Made by a program: the position numbers and the translations under genes
Origin: Deltaproteobacteria bacterium
GTDB taxonomy: Bacteria > Myxococcota > XYA12-FULL-58-9 > JABJBS01
DNA: 64,000 bases
Direction of reading: 5' to 3'
Assembly: GCA_018668695.1 (NCBI GenBank)
Contig: JABJBS010000322.1
Span: 5,718-69,717, forward strand
Notes under the pieces: generated by a model
Database searches by the model: none
What the model saw: only the letters and a program-made list of their open reading frames with translations
Told to the model about the DNA's origin: nothing
In this document: positions 11,162 to 20,371 of the stretch, piece after piece
Numbering within the stretch: the stretch's first letter is position 1
Layout of the letters: every line of letters starts with the position of its first letter

Positions 11162-12757
11162 ATGGCTGATGACACCTCCGCACAATCGCAACAAAAAGCG
11201 CGAAAAGGGCTTTTAAAAGCCGCGATGAGCATGAGTGTGATTACCATGGTCAGCCGCGTTCTCGGGTTGATTCGTGAACAGGTTCGAGCCCACTACCTTG
11301 GTACATCCATGGGGTCCGATGCCTTCGGTATCGCTTTTCAAATCCCAAACCTACTTCGGCGCCTCTTAGCAGAAGGTGCCATGAGCGCTGGATTTATTCC
11401 CGTGCTGAGCGAATACCGCGCCAAAGAAGGCGACGAAAAAGCGCTGAGCTTTGCGCGGAATTTCTTTAACCTCTCTTTGCTCTTGATGGTTGTCGTCAGC
11501 GCCCTGGGTGCTCTTGGAGCGGGTATCATTGTCAGTGCCTTTGCATGGCTGGGCGGAGAGCCTATTGCTCCCGAAGCACTCGCACTTACCACCGACCTAA
11601 CCCGCTGGATGTTTCCCTATATTGCGCTTGTCTCCTGGGCTGCCATTGCTCAAGGCATCCTTAACACATTCAAAATTTTCTGGGTAAGCGCCACCACCGC
11701 TGTTTTACTCAATATCGCCATTATTGGTGCAGCTCTCATCTTGGCCTCCGGAATGGACCAGCCCGCCTTCGCCTTTGCCATTGGCGTCTTAATCGGCGGG
11801 GTCTTTCAATTTGGATTCCAGATCCCCTTCGTTTACAAACTTGGTTTTCGGTGGCGACCTGACTTTCGCATGAGCGCCGGTGTCAAGCGGGTCTTGGTTC
11901 TCCTCGTACCTACAATTTTCGGAGCCGGTGTCTACCAAGTGAACGTGCTCGTCTCACAAGCCATTGCGTGGGGCGTTGGAGACGGTGCTGTCTCAAGCTT
12001 ACAATATTCATCCCGGCTTTTAGAACTGACTCTTGGCGTGTTTGCCGTGGCTTTATCCACCGTGATTCTTCCAGCCTTGGCCACCCATGTGGCCAAAGAA
12101 GAGACTCAAGAAGTCAAAGACACCATCGGGTTCTCCATACGCCTAACCTGCTTTGTCTGTTTTCCGGTTACTGCCGGCCTCTGGCTGATGCGCAATGAAA
12201 CCATCTCGCTTTTGTTCGAAAGAGGAACCTTCGATACACAATCCACAAGCATGACTGCCTTCGCCCTCAATTTTCACATTGTAGGGCTTACGTTTATCGC
12301 TCTCACGCGAATCTTTGTACCGGTCTTCTATGCCTACAAAGACACGTGGCGTCCTCTTTGGGCAGCTGTGGTCAGCATGGTCGTGAATATTGCCGCCTGT
12401 TATCTGCTCACCCCTTATCTGGACCAAGGCGGCATCGCGCTGGCCAACACGCTCTCAGCCGGTGCGCATCTTGTGGTTTTAATGGCGCTGATGGGTAGCC
12501 ATATTCAAGTGGGTATCGACCGCAAAACCCGTGGGAGTATCGTCCGCTCTCTGATTGCGACTGCCACCATGGCTGCTGCAGTGTTCGCCCTCCAGAATTA
12601 TTTTCAGACCACCTCTCTGGCCGGCTTCCAAAGCTTACTCTTTCCTTACAGTGTGATCTTGATCACAGCTATTACTGTCTTCGCTGCGACCTGCGTTTTT
12701 GTTAAACATCCGGAACTGACCGAAATCGCAGGCATTGCTCGCCGCCGACGAAAATAG
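11162..12757 (+). CDS. murJ: Lipid II flippase MurJ (MviN)
   Basis: 531 aa polytopic membrane protein. N-terminus SMSVITMVSRVLGLIREQV.A.YLG typical of MurJ. 14 predicted TM segments. Confidence 0.9.
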   Translation: MADDTSAQSQQKARKGLLKAAMSMSVITMVSRVLGLIREQVRAHYLGTSMGSDAFGIAFQIPNLLRRLLAEGAMSAGFIPVLSEYRAKEGDEKALSFARNFFNLSLLLMVVVSALGALGAGIIVSAFAWLGGEPIAPEALALTTDLTRWMFPYIALVSWAAIAQGILNTFKIFWVSATTAVLLNIAIIGAALILASGMDQPAFAFAIGVLIGGVFQFGFQIPFVYKLGFRWRPDFRMSAGVKRVLVLLVPTIFGAGVYQVNVLVSQAIAWGVGDGAVSSLQYSSRLLELTLGVFAVALSTVILPALATHVAKEETQEVKDTIGFSIRLTCFVCFPVTAGLWLMRNETISLLFERGTFDTQSTSMTAFALNFHIVGLTFIALTRIFVPVFYAYKDTWRPLWAAVVSMVVNIAACYLLTPYLDQGGIALANTLSAGAHLVVLMALMGSHIQVGIDRKTRGSIVRSLIATATMAAAVFALQNYFQTTSLAGFQSLLFPYSVILITAITVFAATCVFVKHPELTEIAGIARRRRK

Positions 12758-12766
12758 TGTGAAATT

Positions 12767-12789
12767 TACCGCAACGGTAGCTCTTTTCA
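12767..12789 (+). terminator. Weak hairpin plus T-tract after murJ
   Basis: TACCG-CAA-CGGTA stem-loop followed by GCTCTTTTCAT. Confidence 0.3.
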
Positions 12790-12836
12790 TCTGTTAACCT
12801 CCTGTGGGACTCAAACATCTGAGTGGGAGACTGGGA

Positions 12837-14015
12837 ATGAAGCGGGCTCAAACAATTTTACTGACAGCATGGCTCGTGCTGGCAGGCAGCGGTTGCGGCG
12901 ATGACCAAGACTTTGTCATTCGGCCAAGCAGCACTGAAAGTTTGTCGCTCTCCCAATCAACCTATGACCACGGATTAAGCCTCAGCCCTCACGCCGTTGC
13001 GTCGTCCACAGCGCTCGGAACGATGCTAGCCAGCGACACGGGGCTTTATCAGCTCAACACCGCCGGCATCACCCTCATCGAAGAGAGTCCGATTGTAGGC
13101 TTGGCTTCCTATGGAGAGGCGTTCATTTACGCCACAGGCTCGTCCATCTCAATTTGGGACGGCTTCATGGTTGACTCCGGGCTCAATGATTTTTTCACTG
13201 ACCCTCAATTCACAGGCCTTGCGGTATTTGGTCAAGATATCTGGATAGCCACGGCTCAAAGCGTATTCTTGCATCAAAGCAGTGCCATGATTGAATTCCC
13301 CGACTTAAGCAATGTCAGTCACTTCTCTAGCTTCTCCAGCTCCAACCAACTTGTTCTTTCCGGCAGCGATGGGTCCACTTATCTCATCGAACATTCAAAT
13401 GGGGATTACTACGGGCAAAGCCTCGCGGATGAGCCCATTTCCAAAGCGCTTATTGGAACTCAAAATAGCATCTTGGCTCACGACAATGGGGCGCTGATGC
13501 AGCGTCTACCCGGCACCACGGAAGATACGGTGAGCTGGCACCCGGTTGCTCTGACCACCAATGAAGAAGATCCCGGTGAGCAAGGCGTGCTGCAAATGCT
13601 AAGTGATCCGCAAACAGGGGCTACTTGGCTAAGAACCGAAAGCGAGCTCAAACGACTCCAGCAAGACAGGGTCTATACCATGGAGCTGCCTTCCGAGGGT
13701 GCAATGCTGATTGGTGTGGCCGACGACGCAAGTGTTTGGCTTTCCGACAACACGGCCATTTATAAACTCGAAGGTGATAATGAACCGGTAACCTTTGCTG
13801 AAAACATCAGTGCATTCGATGAAACAAACTGCGCCGAATGCCATGCACCCGGCGGCCCGGCCCATGAAATTCATACCTATGAACAATGGGTAGCAGAAAT
13901 CGACGAAATTATTGAAGCCATTGAAAGTGGAACCATGCCAGCGGGAGGAAACAAACTCGAAGGCGCAACGGTCCAGCTTCTTTATCAATGGATGGAGGAT
14001 GGCCTACGGCCATAA
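12837..14015 (+). CDS. Lipoprotein with C-terminal cytochrome-c-like (PSCyt1-type) CxxCH domain
   Basis: SD GGGAGA 6 nt before the ATG. Lipobox LAGSGC. C-terminal CAECHAPGG...MPAGGNKL...LYQWMEDG resembles the Planctomycete cytochrome C (PSCyt1) domain. Confidence 0.55.
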   Translation: MKRAQTILLTAWLVLAGSGCGDDQDFVIRPSSTESLSLSQSTYDHGLSLSPHAVASSTALGTMLASDTGLYQLNTAGITLIEESPIVGLASYGEAFIYATGSSISIWDGFMVDSGLNDFFTDPQFTGLAVFGQDIWIATAQSVFLHQSSAMIEFPDLSNVSHFSSFSSSNQLVLSGSDGSTYLIEHSNGDYYGQSLADEPISKALIGTQNSILAHDNGALMQRLPGTTEDTVSWHPVALTTNEEDPGEQGVLQMLSDPQTGATWLRTESELKRLQQDRVYTMELPSEGAMLIGVADDASVWLSDNTAIYKLEGDNEPVTFAENISAFDETNCAECHAPGGPAHEIHTYEQWVAEIDEIIEAIESGTMPAGGNKLEGATVQLLYQWMEDGLRP

Positions 14016-14027
14016 GGAGAGAGTAAT

Positions 14028-15635
14028 ATGCGGCTCACATTATTCATTTTGATATTGAGCACAGCCCTTAGCAGTCCATGCCTGGCTCAAGTGTGCGAAG
14101 AAGATGCACTGCAATCTTCCCTGCAACACCTGCGGCGTCTAAGTATCGACTTAAAGGGGACCCTTCCGAACCTGAATCAATTGGAAGAAGTCATCAATGC
14201 CACGATGGTACCAGATTCCTTGGTCGACGACTTACTCAATTCCGACGCCTTTATCCAAGAGATGCGTAACTACCACCTCCAACTGCTTTGGACGAATATA
14301 TTGTCCCAGAGATTTACGCCCGGTGTCTGGATTTTACGCAAAGGAAACGCCGCAGATGGAACCGACGCCTATTGGCTCAGAGCCAATGGCCGTTCATCGC
14401 GTTATCGGGGTGGTCAAATTCCCTGCAAAGATGAGCCTGCTGAATTTGATACCGAGGGAAATATTCTAACAACCCCCTACCCAGGTGACCCCACCATGCA
14501 GCAAGAAGGCTATGTCGAAGTGGAACCCTGGTGGGCTCCGGGAACCACCGTCAAAGTATGTGCCTTTGATGCTCAAACCAACCTGGAAGGTGCAAACCCA
14601 AGCAACAACAACCCCGACCGTGTGGCCAATTGCTCAAGCCAGGTTGTAGAAACCTGTGGTTGCGGCGAGAATCTTCAGTGGTGCCACGCAAATAACCCAG
14701 CCACCGATAAAATCCTTGCCATCTCTATGGCAGAACAAATGCTGCGTTACATCGACAACATCATTCGAAACGACCGTCCTTACACCGATATCCTTTTGGG
14801 AACGGATGCTGAAATCAACGGTCCCATTTCCCACTGGTTGCAACACCAGACGCAAAACGGTGGCAATATTTTTATTACCAGCAGTGAGCAAAACCACGAC
14901 GTTTTAACCATACCTGCGAACGAAATTTATAATTGGCAAACCATCAACCGCTACGAGCGACATGCCGGCGTGCTCACCATGCCCGGCTTCTTGCTCAAGT
15001 ACCAAACGGACCGCAGCCGGGCCAACCGGTTTCATAACGCGTTTTTGTGCCAAAGCTTCCAAGCACCGGAAGGTGGCATCCCAACCGCCGAGGATAGCTG
15101 TAACGATGAACCCGACCTTCAGGAGCGGTGCGGATGTAAATACTGCCACGCCATGCTTGAGCCTGATGCTGCTCACTGGGGCCGCTGGGCGGAAGCCGGC
15201 ATGATGGCCATGAACGAAGATAAGTTTCCCGTTTTCGACCAAAATTGCGCCGAGGGTCGTAACAATGCCATTTGCCGCCTCTTTTACCTGCAGCCCAATG
15301 AAGCCGGTGATGTGGATAGCAAACTCCAAGATTACATTGGCACTCTCTACCCTTATGTTTTCACTGACACCGAAAGCCAAGACAACATCACTCAAGGGCC
15401 ACGCAAACTTGCCCAGAAAGCCATCGACCGAGGAGACTTCGCCGAATGCACGGTGAAGAAACTTTGGAACTATTTCATGAAAAGGCCGCCCTTAGACTCT
15501 GAAGCAGATCTTATGAGCGCATTGGCCAATGACTTTGCCGGTGACAACTACAATTTTCGCAACCTTGTTAAGCGAATCATCACCCGAGACGAATACATTC
15601 AATCCGAGCGATTCGGCATGGAGGACCCATCATGA
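14028..15635 (+). CDS. Secreted DUF1549 (PSCyt2)-like protein, possibly with a DUF1553-like remainder; contains a second CxxCH
   Basis: Signal peptide. N-terminal RRLSIDLKGTLPNLNQLEEV...LVDDLLNSDAF matches the conserved DUF1549 block (RRxSLDLxGxPPTxEE...LVDxLLxSxxF). CKYCH motif. DUF1800 is an alternative assignment. Confidence 0.5.
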   Translation: MRLTLFILILSTALSSPCLAQVCEEDALQSSLQHLRRLSIDLKGTLPNLNQLEEVINATMVPDSLVDDLLNSDAFIQEMRNYHLQLLWTNILSQRFTPGVWILRKGNAADGTDAYWLRANGRSSRYRGGQIPCKDEPAEFDTEGNILTTPYPGDPTMQQEGYVEVEPWWAPGTTVKVCAFDAQTNLEGANPSNNNPDRVANCSSQVVETCGCGENLQWCHANNPATDKILAISMAEQMLRYIDNIIRNDRPYTDILLGTDAEINGPISHWLQHQTQNGGNIFITSSEQNHDVLTIPANEIYNWQTINRYERHAGVLTMPGFLLKYQTDRSRANRFHNAFLCQSFQAPEGGIPTAEDSCNDEPDLQERCGCKYCHAMLEPDAAHWGRWAEAGMMAMNEDKFPVFDQNCAEGRNNAICRLFYLQPNEAGDVDSKLQDYIGTLYPYVFTDTESQDNITQGPRKLAQKAIDRGDFAECTVKKLWNYFMKRPPLDSEADLMSALANDFAGDNYNFRNLVKRIITRDEYIQSERFGMEDPS

Positions 15636-16258
15636 AAAACCTCTGTATCTTATACGCAATTCTCTTATTCGGATTTTCTCAGAGCGGATGTTCAGACGAC
15701 AGCCTCACCGAGCATCCGAACCAATGGAATGACCTCTTGCCCACAGACCACGGAGCGGTCGATGTTTATCCTCAGGAAGAAATATTCGGTAAGCGCGCCA
15801 GACGCATCTCAGTGGACAATCTAAGGCAGTCCATTCCCCAGCTATTTGATGGAATCAGCTGGACCAATGGAAACGGAAGCCGGAATCAATTCGACCAGCT
15901 CTCCGGAACACTCGGTGAAGCCGATTACCTGAATGTAACCCAAGAAAACACTGAGCCCAGTCCGCTCTTTGCCAAATTTATGGACGACATGGCTGGTCAT
16001 GTATGTGAAAAAGCTCTCGACGGTGACGCCCAGGGAACAAGTCAACACATTGTGATGTACCCAGATGACGTTAATGCCAATTTGAGATTTTTAAGACTCA
16101 AATTCCATGGCATCTATGTACCAGAAGGCTCGAACGATAGCCTCACAGATTTGCGGGCGCTTTATGAAGACATTCTCTCCCTCACCGATGAACCCAAGCA
16201 GGCCTGGTATGGCGTATGTATCGCTATTCTAACTGCTCCAGAACTTATGGCGTACTAA
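15632..16258 (+). CDS. Hypothetical lipoprotein
   Basis: Lipobox LLFGFSQSGC. 4-bp overlap with the upstream gene. No recognisable domain. Confidence 0.5.
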   Translation: MKNLCILYAILLFGFSQSGCSDDSLTEHPNQWNDLLPTDHGAVDVYPQEEIFGKRARRISVDNLRQSIPQLFDGISWTNGNGSRNQFDQLSGTLGEADYLNVTQENTEPSPLFAKFMDDMAGHVCEKALDGDAQGTSQHIVMYPDDVNANLRFLRLKFHGIYVPEGSNDSLTDLRALYEDILSLTDEPKQAWYGVCIAILTAPELMAY

Positions 16259-16268
16259 GAAAGGAATC

Positions 16269-17642
16269 ATGATGATGCATTGGACACGAAGAAGATTCCT
16301 CAAAACATTGGGCCTGGGCACCGCAGCGTTTTCACTCAACGCGCAGTGGATGCCTCAAGCATGGGCAGAAACCGCAAGCTCAAGACGGTTTATTGTTTGC
16401 TACTTCAGCGGCGGGTGGGACACTTTACTTTGCCTAGATCCTCGTAGCCCTGCTGATTTTCCAACCTTTAATCCAGGAAGCCAGACCGTCTACCCCGGTT
16501 ATGAAATGCTCGATGGGAGTTATCCCAGCGATGTTGTCATGCCAGATGCCGCAAGCTACCCACATATGACTTTTGGTCCCGCCATTGGCAACTTTGCTGC
16601 CGCGCATTATCAAAAAAGCTGTATTGTACGTGGTGTCAGTATGAACACGCTTACCCACGGGGTCGGTAGAAATTTCTTTTTAACCGGAAAAGAACCTCGA
16701 GGGTTAGCCGCCAATGGTTCAAGCCTGGGAACGCATACCGCAAGCGCTCAAGGCGAACTGCTGCCTATTCCAAACCTTGCAGCCAATGTATCTGCGTACA
16801 ATGAAGCCGAACCCAAATGGGCAAGCCCTTTAAGCGTCAACAATGTATCCGACCTCATTGCGGTGCTGGACGATGGACCCGATGCACCGGCTGGGGATAT
16901 TCGTGCAGCTCTAGACAGATACCGCAGCACTGCGGTGGACTGTGACCCGGCGCTTTATGACCGTAAAGGCTTTCTCGGCTTTATCCGTGATACACAAACC
17001 AAAGCGCGAGAACTGGTGGCCCAAGAGCTGAGCGGCCGCTTTAAATTCACCAACGGCAGCGACCCTGAAATGGTAGGCATTCGGGCCCGCTACGGTATCC
17101 CCGGGAATATGAGCGGGTCTGGAGCCCAGGCAGCCTTGGCCTATCAAGCTATCAAATACGATATCGCTCAATCGGTGACCATTCAGCTTGCCAGTGGTTT
17201 AGACACCCACGACGAAGATTGGGCAACAGACCACCCGGCCAATCTTCAAGAAGGTTTCAATGCCCTAAGCCAACTGGTTACTGATTTAGAAAATACGCCC
17301 AATCAAGAGGGCGGAACTCTGCTGGATAACACCACCATTCTTTGCTTCAGCGAATTTGGTCGAACGGCAAATATCAATGCTCGGGGAGGCAGAGATCACA
17401 ACTTGAACTCCGCCGCATTGATGCTCGGAGCTGGCGTTCCAAAAGGCGTTGTTATTGGAGGCACTTCAGACAATGGCTTAGGCAGTTACGGTATCAATCC
17501 CGAGACCGGAGCTGTTGTGGACGGTGGTCACGTTCTGACCCCAACCGATATTCATGCTTCGATTATGCAAGCAGCTGGCTTTGATACGGACTATCTTCGG
17601 ACCGAAGGCCTGCCTTGCTTGATGGATACGAGCGAGAACTAG
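16269..17642 (+). CDS. DUF1501-family (sulfatase/alkaline-phosphatase-like) protein with Tat signal
   Basis: Twin-arginine signal RRRFLKTLGLGTAAF. FSGGWDT near the N-terminus and SEFGRT...GGRDHN near the C-terminus are typical DUF1501 blocks. Confidence 0.7.
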   Translation: MMMHWTRRRFLKTLGLGTAAFSLNAQWMPQAWAETASSRRFIVCYFSGGWDTLLCLDPRSPADFPTFNPGSQTVYPGYEMLDGSYPSDVVMPDAASYPHMTFGPAIGNFAAAHYQKSCIVRGVSMNTLTHGVGRNFFLTGKEPRGLAANGSSLGTHTASAQGELLPIPNLAANVSAYNEAEPKWASPLSVNNVSDLIAVLDDGPDAPAGDIRAALDRYRSTAVDCDPALYDRKGFLGFIRDTQTKARELVAQELSGRFKFTNGSDPEMVGIRARYGIPGNMSGSGAQAALAYQAIKYDIAQSVTIQLASGLDTHDEDWATDHPANLQEGFNALSQLVTDLENTPNQEGGTLLDNTTILCFSEFGRTANINARGGRDHNLNSAALMLGAGVPKGVVIGGTSDNGLGSYGINPETGAVVDGGHVLTPTDIHASIMQAAGFDTDYLRTEGLPCLMDTSEN

Positions 17643-17643
17643 G

Positions 17644-17675
17644 CAAAAAAAGGGGCCCCTCCAGGCCCTTTTCTT
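17644..17675. terminator. Bidirectional rho-independent terminator between convergent genes
   Basis: A7 run, GGGCC-CCTCCA-GGCCC hairpin, then TTTTCTT. Serves the + strand operon ending at 17642 and the - strand gene ending at 17707. Confidence 0.6.
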
Positions 17676-17706
17676 AATTCTATTCTGCAAAAAGCACCAA
17701 TCGGCT

Positions 17707-18225
17707 TTATACGTTTGGATCGGTCGGTAACCCCAATCCAGGGGTAGGCACTCGGCCTAATGTTTTGCGTTGAGCGGTTGGGTTATCGCCTCCGGGTTGT
17801 AAGCTGGCGACCACTTGCCGTAGTTCATCGAGCTTCCCTTTAAAAGGCGCGAGCGCTTTTTTGAGGTCATTTTGTCGTACTGAGAATTCTTCGCCTTGTG
17901 GAATCAAGCTCTCGGCCGACTGCCGCTTTGCAAGCAAGTGACGGTTATTCGCGTTGCCTCGAAGAGCCATCTCTGCGCCAAACATCGCCGCATTATCGCT
18001 GCCCGCAAACTGAGCAATCTCAGCATCCTTACCAGCATTTAATGACATAAAACGCGCTACAACTTGCTGAGGCGTGAGGATACCGTCGCCCATGGCTCGG
18101 CCTTCGATATCACCATCGGCCAATTGCTCGACCACAAATTCACCAGGCTTTAATGTTGCGGCTTGGTCTCCGCCAGGGCCTGCTTTTTTAACGCCGCCAA
18201 TGCCATCGATGGGTTGCTGACTCAT
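17707..18225 (-). CDS. Hypothetical protein
   Basis: 172-aa ORF with a clean start. No recognisable domain. Confidence 0.45.
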   Translation of the reverse strand: MSQQPIDGIGGVKKAGPGGDQAATLKPGEFVVEQLADGDIEGRAMGDGILTPQQVVARFMSLNAGKDAEIAQFAGSDNAAMFGAEMALRGNANNRHLLAKRQSAESLIPQGEEFSVRQNDLKKALAPFKGKLDELRQVVASLQPGGDNPTAQRKTLGRVPTPGLGLPTDPNV

Positions 18226-18381
18226 ATTCTCGTCTCCTCATATTTCCAGCTGGGTTGGTATCTCCAACCTCTGATTCATTCTAAACCGAGAGGGCTCTCT
18301 TCGGTTAGAAAAAAAATCCAATGAAAACAGTGATTATACTCTTTTTTTAGCCCTCAGATCTCGGGCGAGCCTGAATGAGGC

Positions 18382-19275
18382 TCAATTGTTGTGATATTCA
18401 TCACGGGCAAAGCGAAGTTCGTCTTCAAATGCCGCGACGGTTTGCAAGGTGATGCGCCCCAGTTTTCCACCACGCAGCTCCCTGATGACGAGCTGACCGG
18501 CCTTCTCAACATCCACCACCCCGCCAGGTCGCAGGCAGCCCCGCTTACGGCCGATGTCTTCAAGTGTAATCCGTGGGTCTTCGTTGAGTTCTTTGAGTTT
18601 GTAGCGGCCTTTAATGTGTTCAGGATCAATGCGCCCCAAGGTCTGAATCGCAAAGCAAGCAATGTCGTGGATATCAATCACGGCATCTTTGATGGCGCCC
18701 GTGGCTGCCAAATAGGCCCCAACACGCTGGTCCTCAAACTTGTGCCAGAGAATTCCGGGCATATCGAGTAGTTCCATCTCTTTACTCATGCGCACCCATT
18801 GGGCTTTTCGGGTGACCGCCGGCTCATCACCTGTCCGGGCAATTTTTCGCATCGCCAACCGGTTGATCAGTGAAGATTTACCCACGTTTGGAATCCCCAC
18901 CGCCATCGCCCGGTAGCGTCTATCAAGCGGACGCTGACCGTTTTCTTTGCGATGAGCATCCACCACTTTTCGAACCGCACCCTCAATCTTCTTCACACCG
19001 TGTTCGCGCATGGCTTCGATGGGCATCGCTTGAATGTCTTGGGTCGCTTTAAAATGGTTCACCCAGCGGTCGGTTTCTTTAACGTCGGCCAAATCGCTTT
19101 TATTGAGTAAAATGAGCCTCGGCTTGCCTAAAGTCAGCTCACTTATAAGCGGATTACGGCTCGCCGCCGGCACCCGGGCATCTAAGAGTTCGAGTATAAT
19201 ATCCACGCGGCGCAGGTTTTCTTCGACCATGCGCTTGGCTTTTGTCATATGTCCGGGAAACCACTGAATCGTCAT
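18382..19275 (-). CDS. rbgA: Ribosome biogenesis GTPase A (YlqF/RbgA), circularly permuted GTPase
   Basis: MTIQWFPGHMTKAKR start, G4 motif LNKSDL preceding G1 GIPNVGKSSLINRL, DMPGILW. Hallmark of RbgA. Confidence 0.9.
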   Translation of the reverse strand: MTIQWFPGHMTKAKRMVEENLRRVDIILELLDARVPAASRNPLISELTLGKPRLILLNKSDLADVKETDRWVNHFKATQDIQAMPIEAMREHGVKKIEGAVRKVVDAHRKENGQRPLDRRYRAMAVGIPNVGKSSLINRLAMRKIARTGDEPAVTRKAQWVRMSKEMELLDMPGILWHKFEDQRVGAYLAATGAIKDAVIDIHDIACFAIQTLGRIDPEHIKGRYKLKELNEDPRITLEDIGRKRGCLRPGGVVDVEKAGQLVIRELRGGKLGRITLQTVAAFEDELRFARDEYHNN

Positions 19276-19339
19276 GAGCTGCTCTTATGGGATCCCACCC
19301 CAAAAACGCAAGCACTGGAATCCTTGGCCTAGCTCAGGC

Positions 19340-20365
19340 ATGCTGTGTTCTATGATCGATTGTCACGCTCACGCATTTCCAACCGTTGCGGAACTTAGTT
19401 CCCATTTGCCCGCCACAGCTCAGGCCTTTTTGACCAGCAGCACCGGCCAAACACTTAAAGACGTTGGTAAAAATGTGCTCTCGCAGCTACCGAAAAGCTC
19501 GCGGTTTGGAAAAATTGCTCGAGGGATCTCTTCCGTTATCCCGGCCTCCCTGCCCAAAGACTCGTCCCAGCTGGCTCAGCTGCGCGACAAACTTCCCGGG
19601 AATGTACATAAAAGTCTCGAGTTTTTCCTAAGCGCCGGTACGGGCCCCAAGCTTCTTCTCGACGGGACTGTCTCGAAGCTTATCGCCTCTATGGACCGCA
19701 ACGGCATTAAAAAGACCGTACTCATCGGCGCGCCGCCTCTAGCCGATGCGCCCTGGATCTTAAAAACATCGCTTGAGCATCCCGGACGCTTTATCCCGGT
19801 TCTAAACGTTCCACCGATTGCGGCAGAGTCAGGAGAAAAGGCCTGGCGTGCTGCCTACGAAGAATTGGCCGACCTTGGGGCAAGAGGTTTTAAGATTCAC
19901 CCCAATATGGATCCTTATCATCATCACCATTTAGCCTATCAGGCCATGTTTGAAGTGGCTCAAGAGCGCGGCCTATTCATCATTCTTCACACTGGGTGCT
20001 TTACGGTACCGGGCTACAAGTCGATGAAACCAAGTGAACCCGAGGATTTTTCTCATCTCTTTACGGCTTACCCTGATGTGAAAATCTGTTTGGCTCATAT
20101 GAACCGCGACCATCCTGAACGGGCCTGGGACATGATGAAACGCCACGAACAACTCTACACCGATACCAGCTGGCAGCCTTCTGCCAACATCACCCGCGCG
20201 CTCCACGAAATAGGCAGCGACCGAATTCTTCTGGGGTCGGACTGGCCGCTTTTAAACGATGACCTTCAAACCAATGCTATTCGCGAAATGCGAAGCGCTA
20301 CCAGTGACCACGTGTTTGAAAAGCTCACTGAGCACAACGCCAAATTTTTTCTGGGCGAAGCCTAA
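19340..20365 (+). CDS. Amidohydrolase-2 family TIM-barrel metal-dependent hydrolase
   Basis: IDCHAHAFP metal-binding start, ILHTGCF, LAHMNRDHPE, LLGSDWPL. Start at M23 or M27 of the ORF. Confidence 0.65.
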   Translation: MLCSMIDCHAHAFPTVAELSSHLPATAQAFLTSSTGQTLKDVGKNVLSQLPKSSRFGKIARGISSVIPASLPKDSSQLAQLRDKLPGNVHKSLEFFLSAGTGPKLLLDGTVSKLIASMDRNGIKKTVLIGAPPLADAPWILKTSLEHPGRFIPVLNVPPIAAESGEKAWRAAYEELADLGARGFKIHPNMDPYHHHHLAYQAMFEVAQERGLFIILHTGCFTVPGYKSMKPSEPEDFSHLFTAYPDVKICLAHMNRDHPERAWDMMKRHEQLYTDTSWQPSANITRALHEIGSDRILLGSDWPLLNDDLQTNAIREMRSATSDHVFEKLTEHNAKFFLGEA

Positions 20366-20371
20366 ACGGGC

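Noticed and set aside
18282-18310. Stem-loop ACCGAGAGggctCTCTTCGGT followed by an A8 run downstream of rbgA
   Set aside because: The A-run follows the hairpin on the + strand, so on the - strand the T-run precedes it. It is in the wrong orientation for an intrinsic terminator of either neighbouring gene.
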